Part shown: piece after piece, positions 37,777 to 48,773 of the stretch
How the letters are laid out: the number at the start of each line of letters is the position of its first letter
Position numbering within the stretch: position 1 is the stretch's first letter
Source: Candidatus Hermodarchaeum yapensis
GTDB taxonomy: Archaea > Asgardarchaeota > Hermodarchaeia > Hermodarchaeales > Hermodarchaeaceae
DNA length: 64,000 nt
Direction of reading: 5' to 3'
Assembly: GCA_016840405.1 (NCBI GenBank)
Contig: JAEOSK010000003.1
Location: forward strand, 1-64,000
The notes under the pieces: generated by a model
Databases searched by the model: none
The model's input: only the letters and a program-made list of their open reading frames with translations
What the model was told of the DNA's origin: nothing
Made by a program: the position numbers and the translations under genes

Positions 37777-40428
37777 TTACCAGGCACCTCGTCGGGCAAT
37801 CGCGCGTATTTCACTGATGATTTCAGTGGGTGTCGTCAGTTCATCGCCGAGATATGTGCGTCCTGATGTGATGAATGCCATATAGTAGCCTAGAAAGGGA
37901 ATTAGCTTGTCTTCTTTGAGACCAACTTCGATGATGCTAGATGTATCGAGTTCTTTCGCACGTTGGTGAAGCCAATCAGCAATTACTTTGTGGTGGCGTT
38001 TTTGTCGAATGGGAAAGAATTCGTGATGCAGATTAATAGTTACTAGTGGTATACGGTCTTTTGCCAGGAGATGGCATTGATGGAGGACATCAGCCACTGC
38101 TTCGGGAAGTCCAAGGTCAGGGGTATCTGATTTGCTTAGCTGAATATTTGGGAGGTAGTCACTAAAGACTACAATGAGGGGAAGGGTGCCTGAGTTTCGG
38201 CGACGTTCGCGCTTTATGGTCTCATGTGCTCGTTTGAGTCCTGCGGCTAGAGGTGTGTATCCGGATAGGCGCAGTGTCATGAGTTTTGCGACTAAACGTG
38301 TCCAGTTTGTGGTGGGAGCTTGGACTTCTGCTGCGCCCCAATCTTTTAGGGCAATAAGCCCGACGCGATCTCGAGTGCCTTCAAGGCAGTTTTTGAAGGC
38401 TATTAGAGAAAGCTGGAGTTTGTCGAAGTTTTTGAGCATGGACACGCTGAGATCAACGACAAAGATAATGGTGATTGGGGTTCTGCTAAGGAACCGTTTT
38501 TCGCGGACATCTTCCAGTTGAATTTTCACCCTAGGTGTTTGTTTTGTGGTAAGGTCAGTATGGATTGCTGCTGCAGATATTGTGGCGGGGAGATGGATGT
38601 TACGTGGAGATCCTTGAGGAAGACTTGAACCCTGTATGACACCACTCTCGGCAAGTCGTGTTGTTCCGGTTCCAGCTCTTCGACCCACTTGGCGGATCGA
38701 CCATTTGGGTGCGCGTTGTCGTCCGAAAAAGCGTGGTTCGAGTAATTCCTCTAGATGGAACAAGGGTGTGCCTTCATCTAATCGGATGAGCTTCGCTGAA
38801 TCCGTGGGACTCGACGGAGCGGATTGCTGTGAAGGAGTCGTTTTACTAGAAGATGAGGGTTTTGAACTCGTAGTTGCAGGTGCTGTAGAGTCGCCCTTAT
38901 GTTTTGTAGGACGGATTTTTGAACCGGGATCAGGGGGTCGATCAGCTTGAGCTAGCGACGGCATGACTAAACCAGCTTTGCGTCGATAGCGCATTACACG
39001 TTCAATTAGAAACAGTAGGCTAAATGCCAGAATACCACCAATGATGAAATTAATGGGAAAAATTAGAGTGCCTAAGAGGTAGCCAAATGCCGCCGTCATC
39101 ACCATAAAAGAACAGATAAGCGACGTGTATGCGCAGCGTCCAGGTGGCCCTCGGCTAGGCGGGGTTCCAAAAAAACGCTGTCCATCCTGATTACTATCTA
39201 GCGCGTGATGCTGTTTGAATTTGCTTGTAAGTTTCTTGTGTATATCTTTAGTAGCTGGATCTTTGTCTTTGGATTTGGGATCGGTCGTTTTTACTTTCTT
39301 TTTTGCCTCTTGAATGGTTGCGCTAATTTCTTCACGAGTTGGTGGTTCCAGGATGCCTCGTTGCCGTGTCCGGTGGCTTAGAGCAAGATTCGCGACAATT
39401 TCAACGTCCTCCGGAGTGACTTCTGCCCGTCCATCAAAAGCGGCGAATGCCATAGAAGTTTTGGCGATTACGATATCAGGACGAGCCCCATCCACTTGGA
39501 GGCGCGAGGTTAGGTTAGCTATAACTTCCATGACCTCAGCAGGAATTTGAACAACACCCATACGTTCTCGAGCAGCGACAATCTCCTCACGTAATTTGTT
39601 CTCTTCATCCATCCATTTTGCACTCATCGCTTTAGGATTGCGTTCGAAGGCGATATTTAATCGAATAATTTCGACTCTTTCGTCTATTGTGAAAGGGCGT
39701 TGAATTGCCACGTGAAGAGGAAAACGATCCAACAATTGAGGACGCAATTCGCCTTCTTCTGGGTTCATAGAACCGACAAAGATGAACCGAGCCGGATGGC
39801 TAATCGAAATTCCCTCTCGTTCAACTACATTGACACCCGTAGCCGCCGCATCTAAAAGCGAATCAACAATATGATCTGGGAGTAAATTGACTTCATCAAC
39901 ATAGAGAAGATTTTGATTAGCATCTGCCAAAATTCCCGGTTTGAGGGCTGCAACGCCTTCTCGGATGGCCCGTTCAACATCCAAACTACCAACCACCCGA
40001 TCCTCAGTGGCACTCAATGGGAGATTTACAACGCGCATTTTTTGCGTTACCGACGTGAGTTTTCGTTTCTTCTGAAGTTTTGCTGTACAAGCCTCACAAA
40101 CCCCACTTGGATCATCAGGGGCGCAACGAAATTTGCACCCTTTCACAACGGGAATGTCAGGAAGTAATGCTGCCAACGAACGTACGATGGTTGTTTTTCC
40201 GGTTCCCTTGGGACCAGTGATAAGAAGCCCACCTATGTGAGGATTAATGGCGTTGAGTAACAGAGCCAGTTTCAGCTCATCATGGTTGACAATTGCTGAA
40301 AAAGGAAGGACAGTGCGAGTGGCATCCATCTCTTCTGGTTCCAAGCTGTGAACCTCTACCACCCCTGTTCTTCTCCAGTTTAAAGAATTTTGGGAACAAG
40401 CACCACTCAAAGGAGTTTTTCCTACCAA
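37777..40428 (-). CDS. Mg-chelatase-type (ChlI/ChlD) AAA+ ATPase fused to a vWA domain, with an internal TM hairpin
   Basis: [46 protein letters not shown]; vWA DLSVS...GYTPLA...VFSD; true start probably TTG 40344 or ATG 40329. Confidence 0.85.
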   Translation of the reverse strand: MVGKTPLSGACSQNSLNWRRTGVVEVHSLEPEEMDATRTVLPFSAIVNHDELKLALLLNAINPHIGGLLITGPKGTGKTTIVRSLAALLPDIPVVKGCKFRCAPDDPSGVCEACTAKLQKKRKLTSVTQKMRVVNLPLSATEDRVVGSLDVERAIREGVAALKPGILADANQNLLYVDEVNLLPDHIVDSLLDAAATGVNVVEREGISISHPARFIFVGSMNPEEGELRPQLLDRFPLHVAIQRPFTIDERVEIIRLNIAFERNPKAMSAKWMDEENKLREEIVAARERMGVVQIPAEVMEVIANLTSRLQVDGARPDIVIAKTSMAFAAFDGRAEVTPEDVEIVANLALSHRTRQRGILEPPTREEISATIQEAKKKVKTTDPKSKDKDPATKDIHKKLTSKFKQHHALDSNQDGQRFFGTPPSRGPPGRCAYTSLICSFMVMTAAFGYLLGTLIFPINFIIGGILAFSLLFLIERVMRYRRKAGLVMPSLAQADRPPDPGSKIRPTKHKGDSTAPATTSSKPSSSSKTTPSQQSAPSSPTDSAKLIRLDEGTPLFHLEELLEPRFFGRQRAPKWSIRQVGRRAGTGTTRLAESGVIQGSSLPQGSPRNIHLPATISAAAIHTDLTTKQTPRVKIQLEDVREKRFLSRTPITIIFVVDLSVSMLKNFDKLQLSLIAFKNCLEGTRDRVGLIALKDWGAAEVQAPTTNWTRLVAKLMTLRLSGYTPLAAGLKRAHETIKRERRRNSGTLPLIVVFSDYLPNIQLSKSDTPDLGLPEAVADVLHQCHLLAKDRIPLVTINLHHEFFPIRQKRHHKVIADWLHQRAKELDTSSIIEVGLKEDKLIPFLGYYMAFITSGRTYLGDELTTPTEIISEIRAIARRGAW

Positions 40429-40485
40429 TTGAGGATAATTTATACAGGTAAAAAATTAAAGCGATTAGAGTAAAAGGTGCGTTTC

Positions 40486-41004
40486 ATGACGACTCAGACA
40501 ACCAAGGATTTCCGCGATGGTCTCGCAACCGCATATCGGGCTGCTCGAAGCCATCTTCGATATCTTTTAACGGATTTAACACCTGAGCAGGCTGCAACAG
40601 AACCTGCCCCCGAGTCCCGAACCATTCTGTATTATTTGACTCATATTGCGAACTCTGAACTCTATTGGTTCGCGGCATCAGGACGGAAAGTTGCTGTCTA
40701 CGCCAAAGAGGTTCCACTTGACATTGCTATCGACCTTCTTGACGAAGTCAAAGATCGTGTGCTACACGAACTCAAAGAATGTTTGGATGAGGAGCTTGTT
40801 TTTCAACCGCCAACTGAAGGCGTTAAGCCTAGTCTTGGGTGGGTTGTGTCCCGAATTACTCTTCATGCGCTTTATCATAGTGGTGAAATCATTTACACGC
40901 GGTATGCGGTTGGAGGGTCGGATTTACCTAACGATGTAGTCGAAGAGTCGTGGAGTCGTATGATGGATGCAATGATGCATTTGATTTTTATGGCCCAACA
41001 ATAG
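40486..41004 (+). CDS. DinB/DUF664 family protein
   Basis: LTHIANSELYW and HALYHSGEI His motifs. Confidence 0.75.
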   Translation: MTTQTTKDFRDGLATAYRAARSHLRYLLTDLTPEQAATEPAPESRTILYYLTHIANSELYWFAASGRKVAVYAKEVPLDIAIDLLDEVKDRVLHELKECLDEELVFQPPTEGVKPSLGWVVSRITLHALYHSGEIIYTRYAVGGSDLPNDVVEESWSRMMDAMMHLIFMAQQ

Positions 41005-41048
41005 GAACAGAACGGCAGTTCAACTCATTCAAAAATTTGCTTTGAATA

Positions 41049-41585
41049 TTATATTGATTTTGTGAGATCTGTAAATGCATCTTTGAAAATGGTTAATGTT
41101 GTAGGATCATAAAGACAGAAGACTATTCGACGAAGCGAAGCATTGCTTTCTTTAAGATAGGTAATCGTTGTTGAGAGAATTATCTCTGCAGCCCGTTCCT
41201 TAGGAAAGCCAAAGATACCCGTACTGATTGCTGGAAATGCTATGCTTCGTAGTTGCTTACTGTCAGCCAAAGTCAGAGCACTACGTACCGCGCTGGCAAG
41301 CTTCTGATCTTCATCCCCTTCTCCCCAACGAGGCCCCACTGCGTGAATTACATACCTAGCCTTTAGGTTTCCCCCACTTGTTTTCACTGCAGTGCCGACA
41401 GGTGTTCCCCCGATGTCATCACATTCCCGTTGGATAGTTGGACCACCACGACGGCGAATTGCCCCAGCCACGCCTCCACCCAGTTGAAGCGATTCGTTCG
41501 CAGCATTCACGATGGCGTCAGTTGCTAAATCGGTGATATCACCTTGGACGAGTTCAACGATGACTTTATTGATAACTCGCCGCAT
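41049..41585 (-). CDS. Macro domain (ADP-ribose-binding / O-acetyl-ADP-ribose deacetylase) protein
   Basis: GDIT, DAIVNAAN, GGGVAGAI, VIHAVGP and AFPAISTGIFGFP motifs. Confidence 0.93.
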   Translation of the reverse strand: MRRVINKVIVELVQGDITDLATDAIVNAANESLQLGGGVAGAIRRRGGPTIQRECDDIGGTPVGTAVKTSGGNLKARYVIHAVGPRWGEGDEDQKLASAVRSALTLADSKQLRSIAFPAISTGIFGFPKERAAEIILSTTITYLKESNASLRRIVFCLYDPTTLTIFKDAFTDLTKSI

Positions 41586-41739
41586 GCGCCTACATCCATT
41601 CGATCATCCACTATCCGCACAAAGCTTCGTTTTCAAGCTTAAAGGTTTCCCCTCCAAAAACCTTCATTACTGAAACACTGAATTCTTCTTGAAGCCCCTG
41701 TGCATTTTTCTTAATTTGAATGTCAAATATCTTGTAGAG

Positions 41740-42426
41740 TTATGGGAAAGAGAATACTGGACCCATGAGCCATCCTGTCAATCCGGCTACGATGATTAGA
41801 ATCCAAGAAAGAACAACGAGACATAGACTGAATAGCAAGACGCCCAAACGACCAGGCGCCTTGACCAGGTTCAAGTGATCATCCAGATATGTGGCTTTGA
41901 AGGAAGCACGGACATAGTAAATTGCAGCTACACCAAGGGGAATCCAAACTATATCAACAATAGTCCAAATTGTACCGGTTAGAATTGCGGTTAATCCTGC
42001 AAAAAACCCACCAATCATACCCCAAAGGTAAAAATCTGCTATGACGAAACCGGCAGTTTCCCATAAGGCACCAGTTACCATGGCGCTTATTTCCCCATAT
42101 CGGCTTGAGGCAAATCGTCGACCTAGATAACCTACAATGTAAGCTTCGACGCCGCGAACAGCTACGACGCCTGGAATGTAGACTGCAGGTAAACCAGCGT
42201 AGGTGATAAGGAAGCCCTTTCCAACAAGCTGACCGATAACCGTGACAATTAGACCAATTTCCGGACCATACAAAATCGCTGTAGCAAAAATAAGAACAGA
42301 AGAGGAATCGATGCTTCCCAATGGTGTGGGAATAACAATACTCGCATAGGATAATACGGCCATAAGGGCGCTGAGGATTCCGATTGTAGCAACATACATT
42401 GATCGCGGTGATGGTATTTCAGCCAT
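41740..42426 (-). CDS. ECF transporter S component
   Basis: ILSAL...IVIPTPLG...ILYGP pattern, multiple TM helices. Confidence 0.65.
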   Translation of the reverse strand: MAEIPSPRSMYVATIGILSALMAVLSYASIVIPTPLGSIDSSSVLIFATAILYGPEIGLIVTVIGQLVGKGFLITYAGLPAVYIPGVVAVRGVEAYIVGYLGRRFASSRYGEISAMVTGALWETAGFVIADFYLWGMIGGFFAGLTAILTGTIWTIVDIVWIPLGVAAIYYVRASFKATYLDDHLNLVKAPGRLGVLLFSLCLVVLSWILIIVAGLTGWLMGPVFSFP

Positions 42427-42551
42427 TGTGGTTCCCTCATATGGATTGATTGCGTTTGCTATACGTGATGTATATAAGCCTTGTGTAAAAAGTGTAGATT
42501 CAAAAGGGAGGATTAATCAAGAACCAAAACGGTTCAAGCCACGGAGGGACT

Positions 42552-43100
42552 GTGATGTCAACTACTGCAGAAGAACTCAAAAAACAATTGGCTAGAAACA
42601 TAAATTCAATATTGAGAACGCCAGGATTTGCCAGACTTATTCCAGAGGTAGGGAGCAACTTTGTAGCGTGCCTTCCAAACGCCACTAAACTCTCCCAAGT
42701 TGCAGGTTTAACAGGAAGAATCATTATTGTCCGTGGACGCCCACAAGCTGTGGGTGAAGTGGATTATGGTTGGTCGCCTTTTATGGGTCGAGTGATTTTA
42801 AAAGCGCACAACTTGGATGAAGACATTCGTTCAGCGATATCATTACGATTTTCCTCAACAATTACTGAAGCAGGTCGAAAGGCGAAATTGCAGGTTGTAG
42901 GGTTTCGACTGCCTGAAAGGGCAACAATCCCTGATTGCATGACATTGGCTGGATTATCGCGATTAAAATTTGTACCCGAATTGCTGTTTGATTGGGGAGC
43001 ACATGGAATTGAACCACTTGTCGTTGTCTTTGGTTCGAACTCAAAAGAAGTAAGAGAACATGTTCAAGCGATTATTAATGAACTACCTGTGAATGAGTGA
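42552..43100 (+). CDS. ThiN-like (thiamine-phosphate synthase family) domain protein
   Basis: LIPEVGSN, VAGLTGRI and DWGAHGIEP motifs. Confidence 0.75.
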   Translation: MMSTTAEELKKQLARNINSILRTPGFARLIPEVGSNFVACLPNATKLSQVAGLTGRIIIVRGRPQAVGEVDYGWSPFMGRVILKAHNLDEDIRSAISLRFSSTITEAGRKAKLQVVGFRLPERATIPDCMTLAGLSRLKFVPELLFDWGAHGIEPLVVVFGSNSKEVREHVQAIINELPVNE

Positions 43101-43860
43101 GGAAATCTTGTCATCTGTGCTTCCCAATGATGCAACGAAAAAACGCGCTGTGCGGTCAGCTTTTGGAGCTCTAGCCCCCGTTTATGATACATGGTATCAT
43201 ACTCCGTTAGGAAAATACGTCTGGACAGTTGAAGCTGCAGCAGTGCATGCAATGCTTCCTCCGAAAGTGAACGGTGTTGTTGTTGACATTGGTGTTGGTA
43301 CAGGAATGTCGTTGTCTCTCCTTCAACCATTTTCCTCGCAAATTGTAGGGGTGGATAACACTTGGCAGATGGTCAATATTGCGTATCAAAAGAACCAAGA
43401 AAATCAAGAGGTGCATTTGGTTATTGGGGATGGAGAGAACTTACCCTTCCGAAGAAACGTTGCTGATCTCATAATAGGAATGACTGTGCTTGAATTTGTG
43501 CCGAATCCTGACCGTTTCTTAAAAGAGGTGCAAACCTGTCTTCATCCAAAAAGATGGTTAGTATTAGGAGTATTAACATCCACAAACCTATGGGCATTGG
43601 AACGTAGAATCCGAAGTTTAGCCCAACAAAACGTCTTTAGCCATGCCCAATTTCCGAGCCCCTGGCAGTTAATCCGGAGACTCTATCAAAATGGATTTCA
43701 TCGTGTTCATTATCGAGGCGCCGTTTATGCACCAACATTTACACCTAAGAGGTGTTTAGCAACCTTTTCTCGGCTGGACGGTATATTGGGAAATCGATGG
43801 GTAAGTCGATCCTTAGGTGCATTTAGCGTTGTTCAAGCCCGTTCTGCTGAGACTAAGTAA
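43093..43860 (+). CDS. Class I SAM-dependent methyltransferase
   Basis: YDTWYHTPLG, VDIGVGTG, GDGENLPF and VLEFV motifs. Confidence 0.88.
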   Translation: MSEEILSSVLPNDATKKRAVRSAFGALAPVYDTWYHTPLGKYVWTVEAAAVHAMLPPKVNGVVVDIGVGTGMSLSLLQPFSSQIVGVDNTWQMVNIAYQKNQENQEVHLVIGDGENLPFRRNVADLIIGMTVLEFVPNPDRFLKEVQTCLHPKRWLVLGVLTSTNLWALERRIRSLAQQNVFSHAQFPSPWQLIRRLYQNGFHRVHYRGAVYAPTFTPKRCLATFSRLDGILGNRWVSRSLGAFSVVQARSAETK

Positions 43861-44839
43861 TTTCTGAAGTAAAACGTTTGTATGGATCCTCTCCTGGTTC
43901 GAGCGGTTTGGACTTGTCGGGATATTCGATGATAATTCGTTTCTTTCTAGTAAAATGACCGATCACCGCTGCTTGTCGGTTGCAGGCTTTTGCTGCGTGA
44001 ATAATTTCGTCGGCAGATTCAATCGTGGAGATTATGAGAAAACTCCCGAAGGAAGAACAATGGAGGGGATTCCATTTCAGATATTCAAACAGTTGGATAC
44101 CAATCTCATCCCAAGGAACAGCATCGTATTGTATTGTAATTCCATAGCCTGTTGCCGTTTGCAGTTCCTTAAGCCCCGTGGTGAGTCCTCCCTCAGCTAA
44201 ATCATGTAAGAGGAGTAAATGGTCTCGAGGTAGACTATTCACAACGGGCACAATAGAGAAGGGTGAAAGGTCCATGGCGAGAGCTTCTAGTTGGGAGCGG
44301 GATAGAATTGCATCAACATGTGAAGGGGCAACATTGGCTAGAAACCATAAGGTTTCTCGTGTGACAGGACCAACTGCGATAATGACATCATCGGCTTTGA
44401 TTTCATTTGGTTGAAACGGCTCGCCCGTAATGACGCCAAAACAAGTTGTGCTGATTATTGGAACTTGCAATCCGTCGTATCCACCGGTATGCCCGCCAAC
44501 AACTTTGAGGTTGAGTTGGTTTGCTTCATTACCAAGTTGTTGTAAAGTATTGGTAAGCCAACTCTCTTCAGTTTCAGGTGGATAGTAAATTCCCAGATTT
44601 AGAAATTGAGGTGTTCCTCCCGACATAGCTACATCTGTAGCAGAATAGTGAACCGCAAAGAACCCGTAGAACTGGAGAGGAATACCAATTACTGGATCGG
44701 AGGCAACAACTAGATTGCCTTGAACCGTGGTAGTTGCATAATCCAGAGTAACTTTTCGAGGATCATCAATACGTGGAATGTGAGGAAACACGAGTCGTTC
44801 TAAATCAGGTAAATGCAGTTTGCCTTTAGGAAGGGTCAT
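43853..44839 (-). CDS. AIR synthase-related (HypE/ThiL/PurM fold) protein
   Basis: SDPVIG, DVAMSGG, VVGGHT and HDLAEGGL motifs. Confidence 0.8.
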   Translation of the reverse strand: MTLPKGKLHLPDLERLVFPHIPRIDDPRKVTLDYATTTVQGNLVVASDPVIGIPLQFYGFFAVHYSATDVAMSGGTPQFLNLGIYYPPETEESWLTNTLQQLGNEANQLNLKVVGGHTGGYDGLQVPIISTTCFGVITGEPFQPNEIKADDVIIAVGPVTRETLWFLANVAPSHVDAILSRSQLEALAMDLSPFSIVPVVNSLPRDHLLLLHDLAEGGLTTGLKELQTATGYGITIQYDAVPWDEIGIQLFEYLKWNPLHCSSFGSFLIISTIESADEIIHAAKACNRQAAVIGHFTRKKRIIIEYPDKSKPLEPGEDPYKRFTSEIT

Positions 44840-44906
44840 GTTGATGGCAACTCCGTAGGTGATTGCAGCGTTTCAAGTTATAACGAATGTGGTAAAGCCG
44901 CAAACC

Positions 44907-45869
44907 TTACTCTAATGCATTCTGGGATTTTCTTCGTTGTTGGAGACGTGGTTCTATGGCAATGAGGGCAGTAGCGAGGAGTATTAGTGCTGCACCAATA
45001 GCCTGCAAAGAGGCCACGGGTTGACTGAGGAAAATGACTCCAAAAATTACAGAGCTTATTGGGTCTAACAGTAGGATGATTGAAGCTGCAGCTGCATCGA
45101 TCCCCTCAACTCCGACGTTTGTGAGTGTATATGGTATTGCAGTAGAAATTAGCGCGAAACCCACAAGGAGAAGCCAAGTGTGAGGGGGAAGAAAGAGTTG
45201 AAATCCACTTACACGAGGGTCGGTTATGAAGAGGCTGAGAATGAGCATGAGGGGGCCTGTCCAGAGCATTGCGAAAAAGAATCCCCAGAAGGTGGTTATA
45301 GTGGGGCGATAGCCTTCAAAACTTCCCCATTTTCGTCCTAGGATCATGTAACACGCTGCAAAGACCGCATTTGACAGAGCAAGAATTATTCCAGCAATGG
45401 GAACTGCAGCGATGTAGGGAGTGATTGGAAGGGAGACTACTATTGCACCAATAATTGATAACGGTACGGCGATGAGGCGGATTGGTGTGAGGGATTCTTG
45501 GAGAAAAACCCGCCCAAGAAGCAGTGTAATGGCAGGGTATAGATATGTCAAGGAAACTGCAATAACCACAGGTGTACCAATGGCAATCGCTGTTACGTAT
45601 ACAATGATTGACATGGCAATGGCGATTAATCCATAGATAACAAACTGAATCAGGTGTTCGCGACGAATCAGGATGTTCCGAAAGGCAAAAGTTATGCCTA
45701 GACCAATGAACAGAAAGAACACAGTAAAAAGAATCCGGAAGAATGCTTGTTGTAAGGACGGGACACCCAGGTCGGTTAGATAAAACGCGAATACGGGGAT
45801 GGTTCCGAAACAGACGGCGGCAATAACAAGGCTGAGATAGTTCTTGAATCGGGATTCTGTCATCAACAC
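44907..45869 (-). CDS. EamA/DMT family transporter
   Basis: Ten TM helices in two repeats; YLYP...FLQE, LLDPISS. Confidence 0.85.
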   Translation of the reverse strand: MLMTESRFKNYLSLVIAAVCFGTIPVFAFYLTDLGVPSLQQAFFRILFTVFFLFIGLGITFAFRNILIRREHLIQFVIYGLIAIAMSIIVYVTAIAIGTPVVIAVSLTYLYPAITLLLGRVFLQESLTPIRLIAVPLSIIGAIVVSLPITPYIAAVPIAGIILALSNAVFAACYMILGRKWGSFEGYRPTITTFWGFFFAMLWTGPLMLILSLFITDPRVSGFQLFLPPHTWLLLVGFALISTAIPYTLTNVGVEGIDAAAASIILLLDPISSVIFGVIFLSQPVASLQAIGAALILLATALIAIEPRLQQRRKSQNALE

Positions 45870-45903
45870 TCACCTTGTTTTGCCAAATGCTCTAAGGTGT
45901 ATC

Positions 45904-46488
45904 TCATGATATCTGTGGTTTAAGTAATGATATGGCTTTGCCTCCCTTTCGAAGGGCGGTAAGATTTTGTTTCTCGAAGCGCCGTAATTTTGAGTCAATT
46001 TTAATCGTTTTTTCCAAGAGGCGTTTATCTACTCGGTCATCAACAGCAGCAAGAGCTCCAAGCGAAGCAATACCAATATAACGGACATGCCCTAATTCCT
46101 CGGCGATTTGTCGAATTCCAATCTGGTAGATTTTTGTACCGTTATGATGGGCGAGACCGGCGAGTCCCATTTTCACTGTGGGTTCTTCAAGGATTTCTGA
46201 TTCGATTAATAGAAAATCGCTACTCAAATCTGGACTTAAAGAACAGCACTTTCGGAAAGCCGGGGTTGACAAGACGAGGAGGACACTAGGTTTGTCAAAG
46301 CCAAGTTCGTAAATCGGGTCCGTAGAAATTGTTAGATCTGCTGTGCATGCGCCTCCACGGGCAGCCGCACCATGTGATTCGGTCTGAAGAACATGGAAGC
46401 CTTTCTGTGTAAAGGTTAAGCCTAGAATACGGCTGGCAGTAACGACACCATAACCACCATATCCAGCAAAGCGAATTGTGAGATTCAT
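45904..46488 (-). CDS. korC: 2-oxoacid:ferredoxin oxidoreductase gamma subunit
   Basis: IRFAGYGGYGV and SHGAAARGG motifs; operon context. Confidence 0.85.
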   Translation of the reverse strand: MNLTIRFAGYGGYGVVTASRILGLTFTQKGFHVLQTESHGAAARGGACTADLTISTDPIYELGFDKPSVLLVLSTPAFRKCCSLSPDLSSDFLLIESEILEEPTVKMGLAGLAHHNGTKIYQIGIRQIAEELGHVRYIGIASLGALAAVDDRVDKRLLEKTIKIDSKLRRFEKQNLTALRKGGKAISLLKPQIS

Positions 46489-46507
46489 TCTTGTAACACC
46501 TTTCATG

Positions 46508-47395
46508 CTAGCCCCAGAGTTCTTGAAGATTATCGATGAGAGTTGGTCGCTGTTCTCTTAGAAAAACCCCAAGTTCGATTTCTCTGTCTTTGAAGACCAT
46601 CTTATACCGTGGGTGCCCATTGGATTCCCCAGTTTTTTTGCCTTTGAAAGCTTTCAACATCCAAGCGCCGGGATATTGTTGGAATTGTTCTAATTCGTCG
46701 GAAGAAAGTGAGTTTTGATATTCAGTGAAGAAGCGAGCGGCGTAGGTTGGGCATTGAGCGAGGATTTCTACAAAGGCGAATCCAGGGTGCAGTATTGTCT
46801 CTTTTAGAGTAGATATGAGTTCATTGACATAGAAGGTGGTCCACCGGGCAACATAGCTAGCCCCTGCACCTAGCATTAATTGGCAAAGGTCGAAAGGGGC
46901 TTCGGGATGTTTTGGATACGTTGAGGTTCGAACATGGAGTGGAGTGGTGGGTGCAGATTGTCCTCCTGTCATGCCATAGTTGAAGTTATTGACAAGGATC
47001 ACCGTCATTGGGATATTTCGTCGTGCCGCGTGAATGAGATGGTTCCCACCGATTGCAGCCCCGTCACCATCGCCTGTGAAGACGGTGACCTTTAGCTTTG
47101 GATTCATAACCTTTGCACCCGTGGCAAATGCAATTGCGCGACCATGGGTTGTATGAAGGGTATCGGCCCGAAAATGGGGGCTGGGTATCCATGCTGAGCA
47201 ACCAATACCAGAGACAGCAAGTAATTCTCTTTGACGTAGTTCCTTTGCTGTAACTAGTTCATCAACTGCTCGAACAAAGGAATTAAGGATAGTGCCATTT
47301 CCACACCCGGCACAAAATGATGTGGGGAGGTTGCGGAGATAGCGATCACGGTAATATTTTTGGGGAGTTCCAAGTCGTGTTTGGGGTTTACTCAT
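46508..47395 (-). CDS. korB: 2-oxoacid:ferredoxin oxidoreductase beta subunit
   Basis: FCAGCG, SGIGCS, HGRA, GDGD TPP motif, YGMTGGQ, QCPT. Confidence 0.92.
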   Translation of the reverse strand: MSKPQTRLGTPQKYYRDRYLRNLPTSFCAGCGNGTILNSFVRAVDELVTAKELRQRELLAVSGIGCSAWIPSPHFRADTLHTTHGRAIAFATGAKVMNPKLKVTVFTGDGDGAAIGGNHLIHAARRNIPMTVILVNNFNYGMTGGQSAPTTPLHVRTSTYPKHPEAPFDLCQLMLGAGASYVARWTTFYVNELISTLKETILHPGFAFVEILAQCPTYAARFFTEYQNSLSSDELEQFQQYPGAWMLKAFKGKKTGESNGHPRYKMVFKDREIELGVFLREQRPTLIDNLQELWG

Positions 47396-48528
47396 GCTGC
47401 ATCAGCCTCCTGAATGCGTTTTATGATTTCATTCGAATGATGAACTTCTCCAGCGACCTTCGGCACACTCTCAACATTTGCGTGGCATGCTACTCGAGCG
47501 ATTTCGTTGACCATCATGCCCATATTCATTTCGACAACAAGAACATGGTGAACATCTTTCATGAGTTCTGATAGGTGTAATTCTGGAAGTGGCCATAGCG
47601 TTTTCAGTCGGATGAACCCAACAGCCGTTCCTTCCTCTCTGGCTGTTTGAACGGCTTGATAGGCAGGTCGTGCAGCCGCTCCAAAACTTAGCACAATAGT
47701 GTCTGCACCTTCAAGATTGAAGGTTTCCAAGTCCAGCTTCTCTTTTCGTAACATTGCACCTGCTGCCTGATTCTTTTTGAAAATCCACTTAATGGTGGCC
47801 CGGAGGAATTGGGGAGAGTAATCGCGAACACCAGTAGGTCGATGGGCAGAACCAGTGACAAGGAGATTGTGTCCATCACCAAAGCGTGGCATTTCATACC
47901 GTAGAAAAGTCTCCTCGGGACGTGGATGTTTTTTCGTCAGTTTTTCACGGTTGATTACTTCCATCTCACCTGATTCCGGAATTTTTAACGGTTCACGCAT
48001 GTAACTGACTTCGCCATCTGTCATAATGAGTGTCGGTGTTCGGAAACGTTCCGCGTAGTTGAATGCATGGATTGTGAAATTGAACATTTCTTGAACAGAC
48101 CAAGGGCAAAAGGCGATGGGAGCAATATCACCGTGGGTGCCATACCGGGCTTGCATAATGTCTTGTTGACCAGGCATCGTGGCTTGACCGGTGCTTGGTC
48201 CGGATCTTTGAGCATCGACGACCACGAGGGGTGTTTCTGTATGGTAAGCGTAGCCGAGATTTTCCTGCATTAAACTAAAGCCGGGACCTGAAGTGGCAGT
48301 CATGGTTTTACCACCTGCCCATGAAGCACCAATGATGGCTGCTATTGAAGCGATTTCATCTTCCATTTGGAGATAATACCCTTTCACTTGCGGGAGGCGT
48401 AAAGCCATGTGCTCAACAATACTATTCGCAGGAGTAATTGGATAACCGGCGAAAAAGCGACATCCTGCATAGATTGCACCTTCCGCACATGCGGTTCCTC
48501 CATCAACAAAATGTACACCGGGTTTCAT
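47392..48528 (-). CDS. korA: 2-oxoacid:ferredoxin oxidoreductase alpha subunit
   Basis: GYPITP, QMEDEIA, TATSGPGFSLMQE, QRSGPSTG and VVEMNMG motifs. Confidence 0.93.
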   Translation of the reverse strand: MKPGVHFVDGGTACAEGAIYAGCRFFAGYPITPANSIVEHMALRLPQVKGYYLQMEDEIASIAAIIGASWAGGKTMTATSGPGFSLMQENLGYAYHTETPLVVVDAQRSGPSTGQATMPGQQDIMQARYGTHGDIAPIAFCPWSVQEMFNFTIHAFNYAERFRTPTLIMTDGEVSYMREPLKIPESGEMEVINREKLTKKHPRPEETFLRYEMPRFGDGHNLLVTGSAHRPTGVRDYSPQFLRATIKWIFKKNQAAGAMLRKEKLDLETFNLEGADTIVLSFGAAARPAYQAVQTAREEGTAVGFIRLKTLWPLPELHLSELMKDVHHVLVVEMNMGMMVNEIARVACHANVESVPKVAGEVHHSNEIIKRIQEADAA

Positions 48529-48773
48529 TCTTCTTCCACCTCAACCATGATTGCGGCATCTGGACATCGTTTTTCACACAGTCGACAGGCCACTCCCTCC
48601 TTTCCGCGAACGAGCATGCACCGCGTTTCACCACCCTCAATTAGACAGGGACTATGACCACCCCAAGCGGTAGGCTCATCCTCTTCCAAGACCTTTGTTG
48701 GACAAAAGAGGATGCAAATTTCACAGCCCTTACAGAGTTCCCGATTAACGGTAATCTTGACCTGTCGTGTGAT
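48525..48773 (-). CDS. korD: 2-oxoacid:ferredoxin oxidoreductase delta (ferredoxin) subunit; missed by the ORF track
   Basis: Translation (I)TRQVKITVNRELCKGCEICILFCPTKVL...CRLCEKRCPDAAIMVEVEEE*; TGA overlaps the korA ATG; no ATG/GTG/TTG upstream of the first Cys cluster. Confidence 0.85.
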   Translation of the reverse strand: MTRQVKITVNRELCKGCEICILFCPTKVLEEDEPTAWGGHSPCLIEGGETRCMLVRGKEGVACRLCEKRCPDAAIMVEVEEE

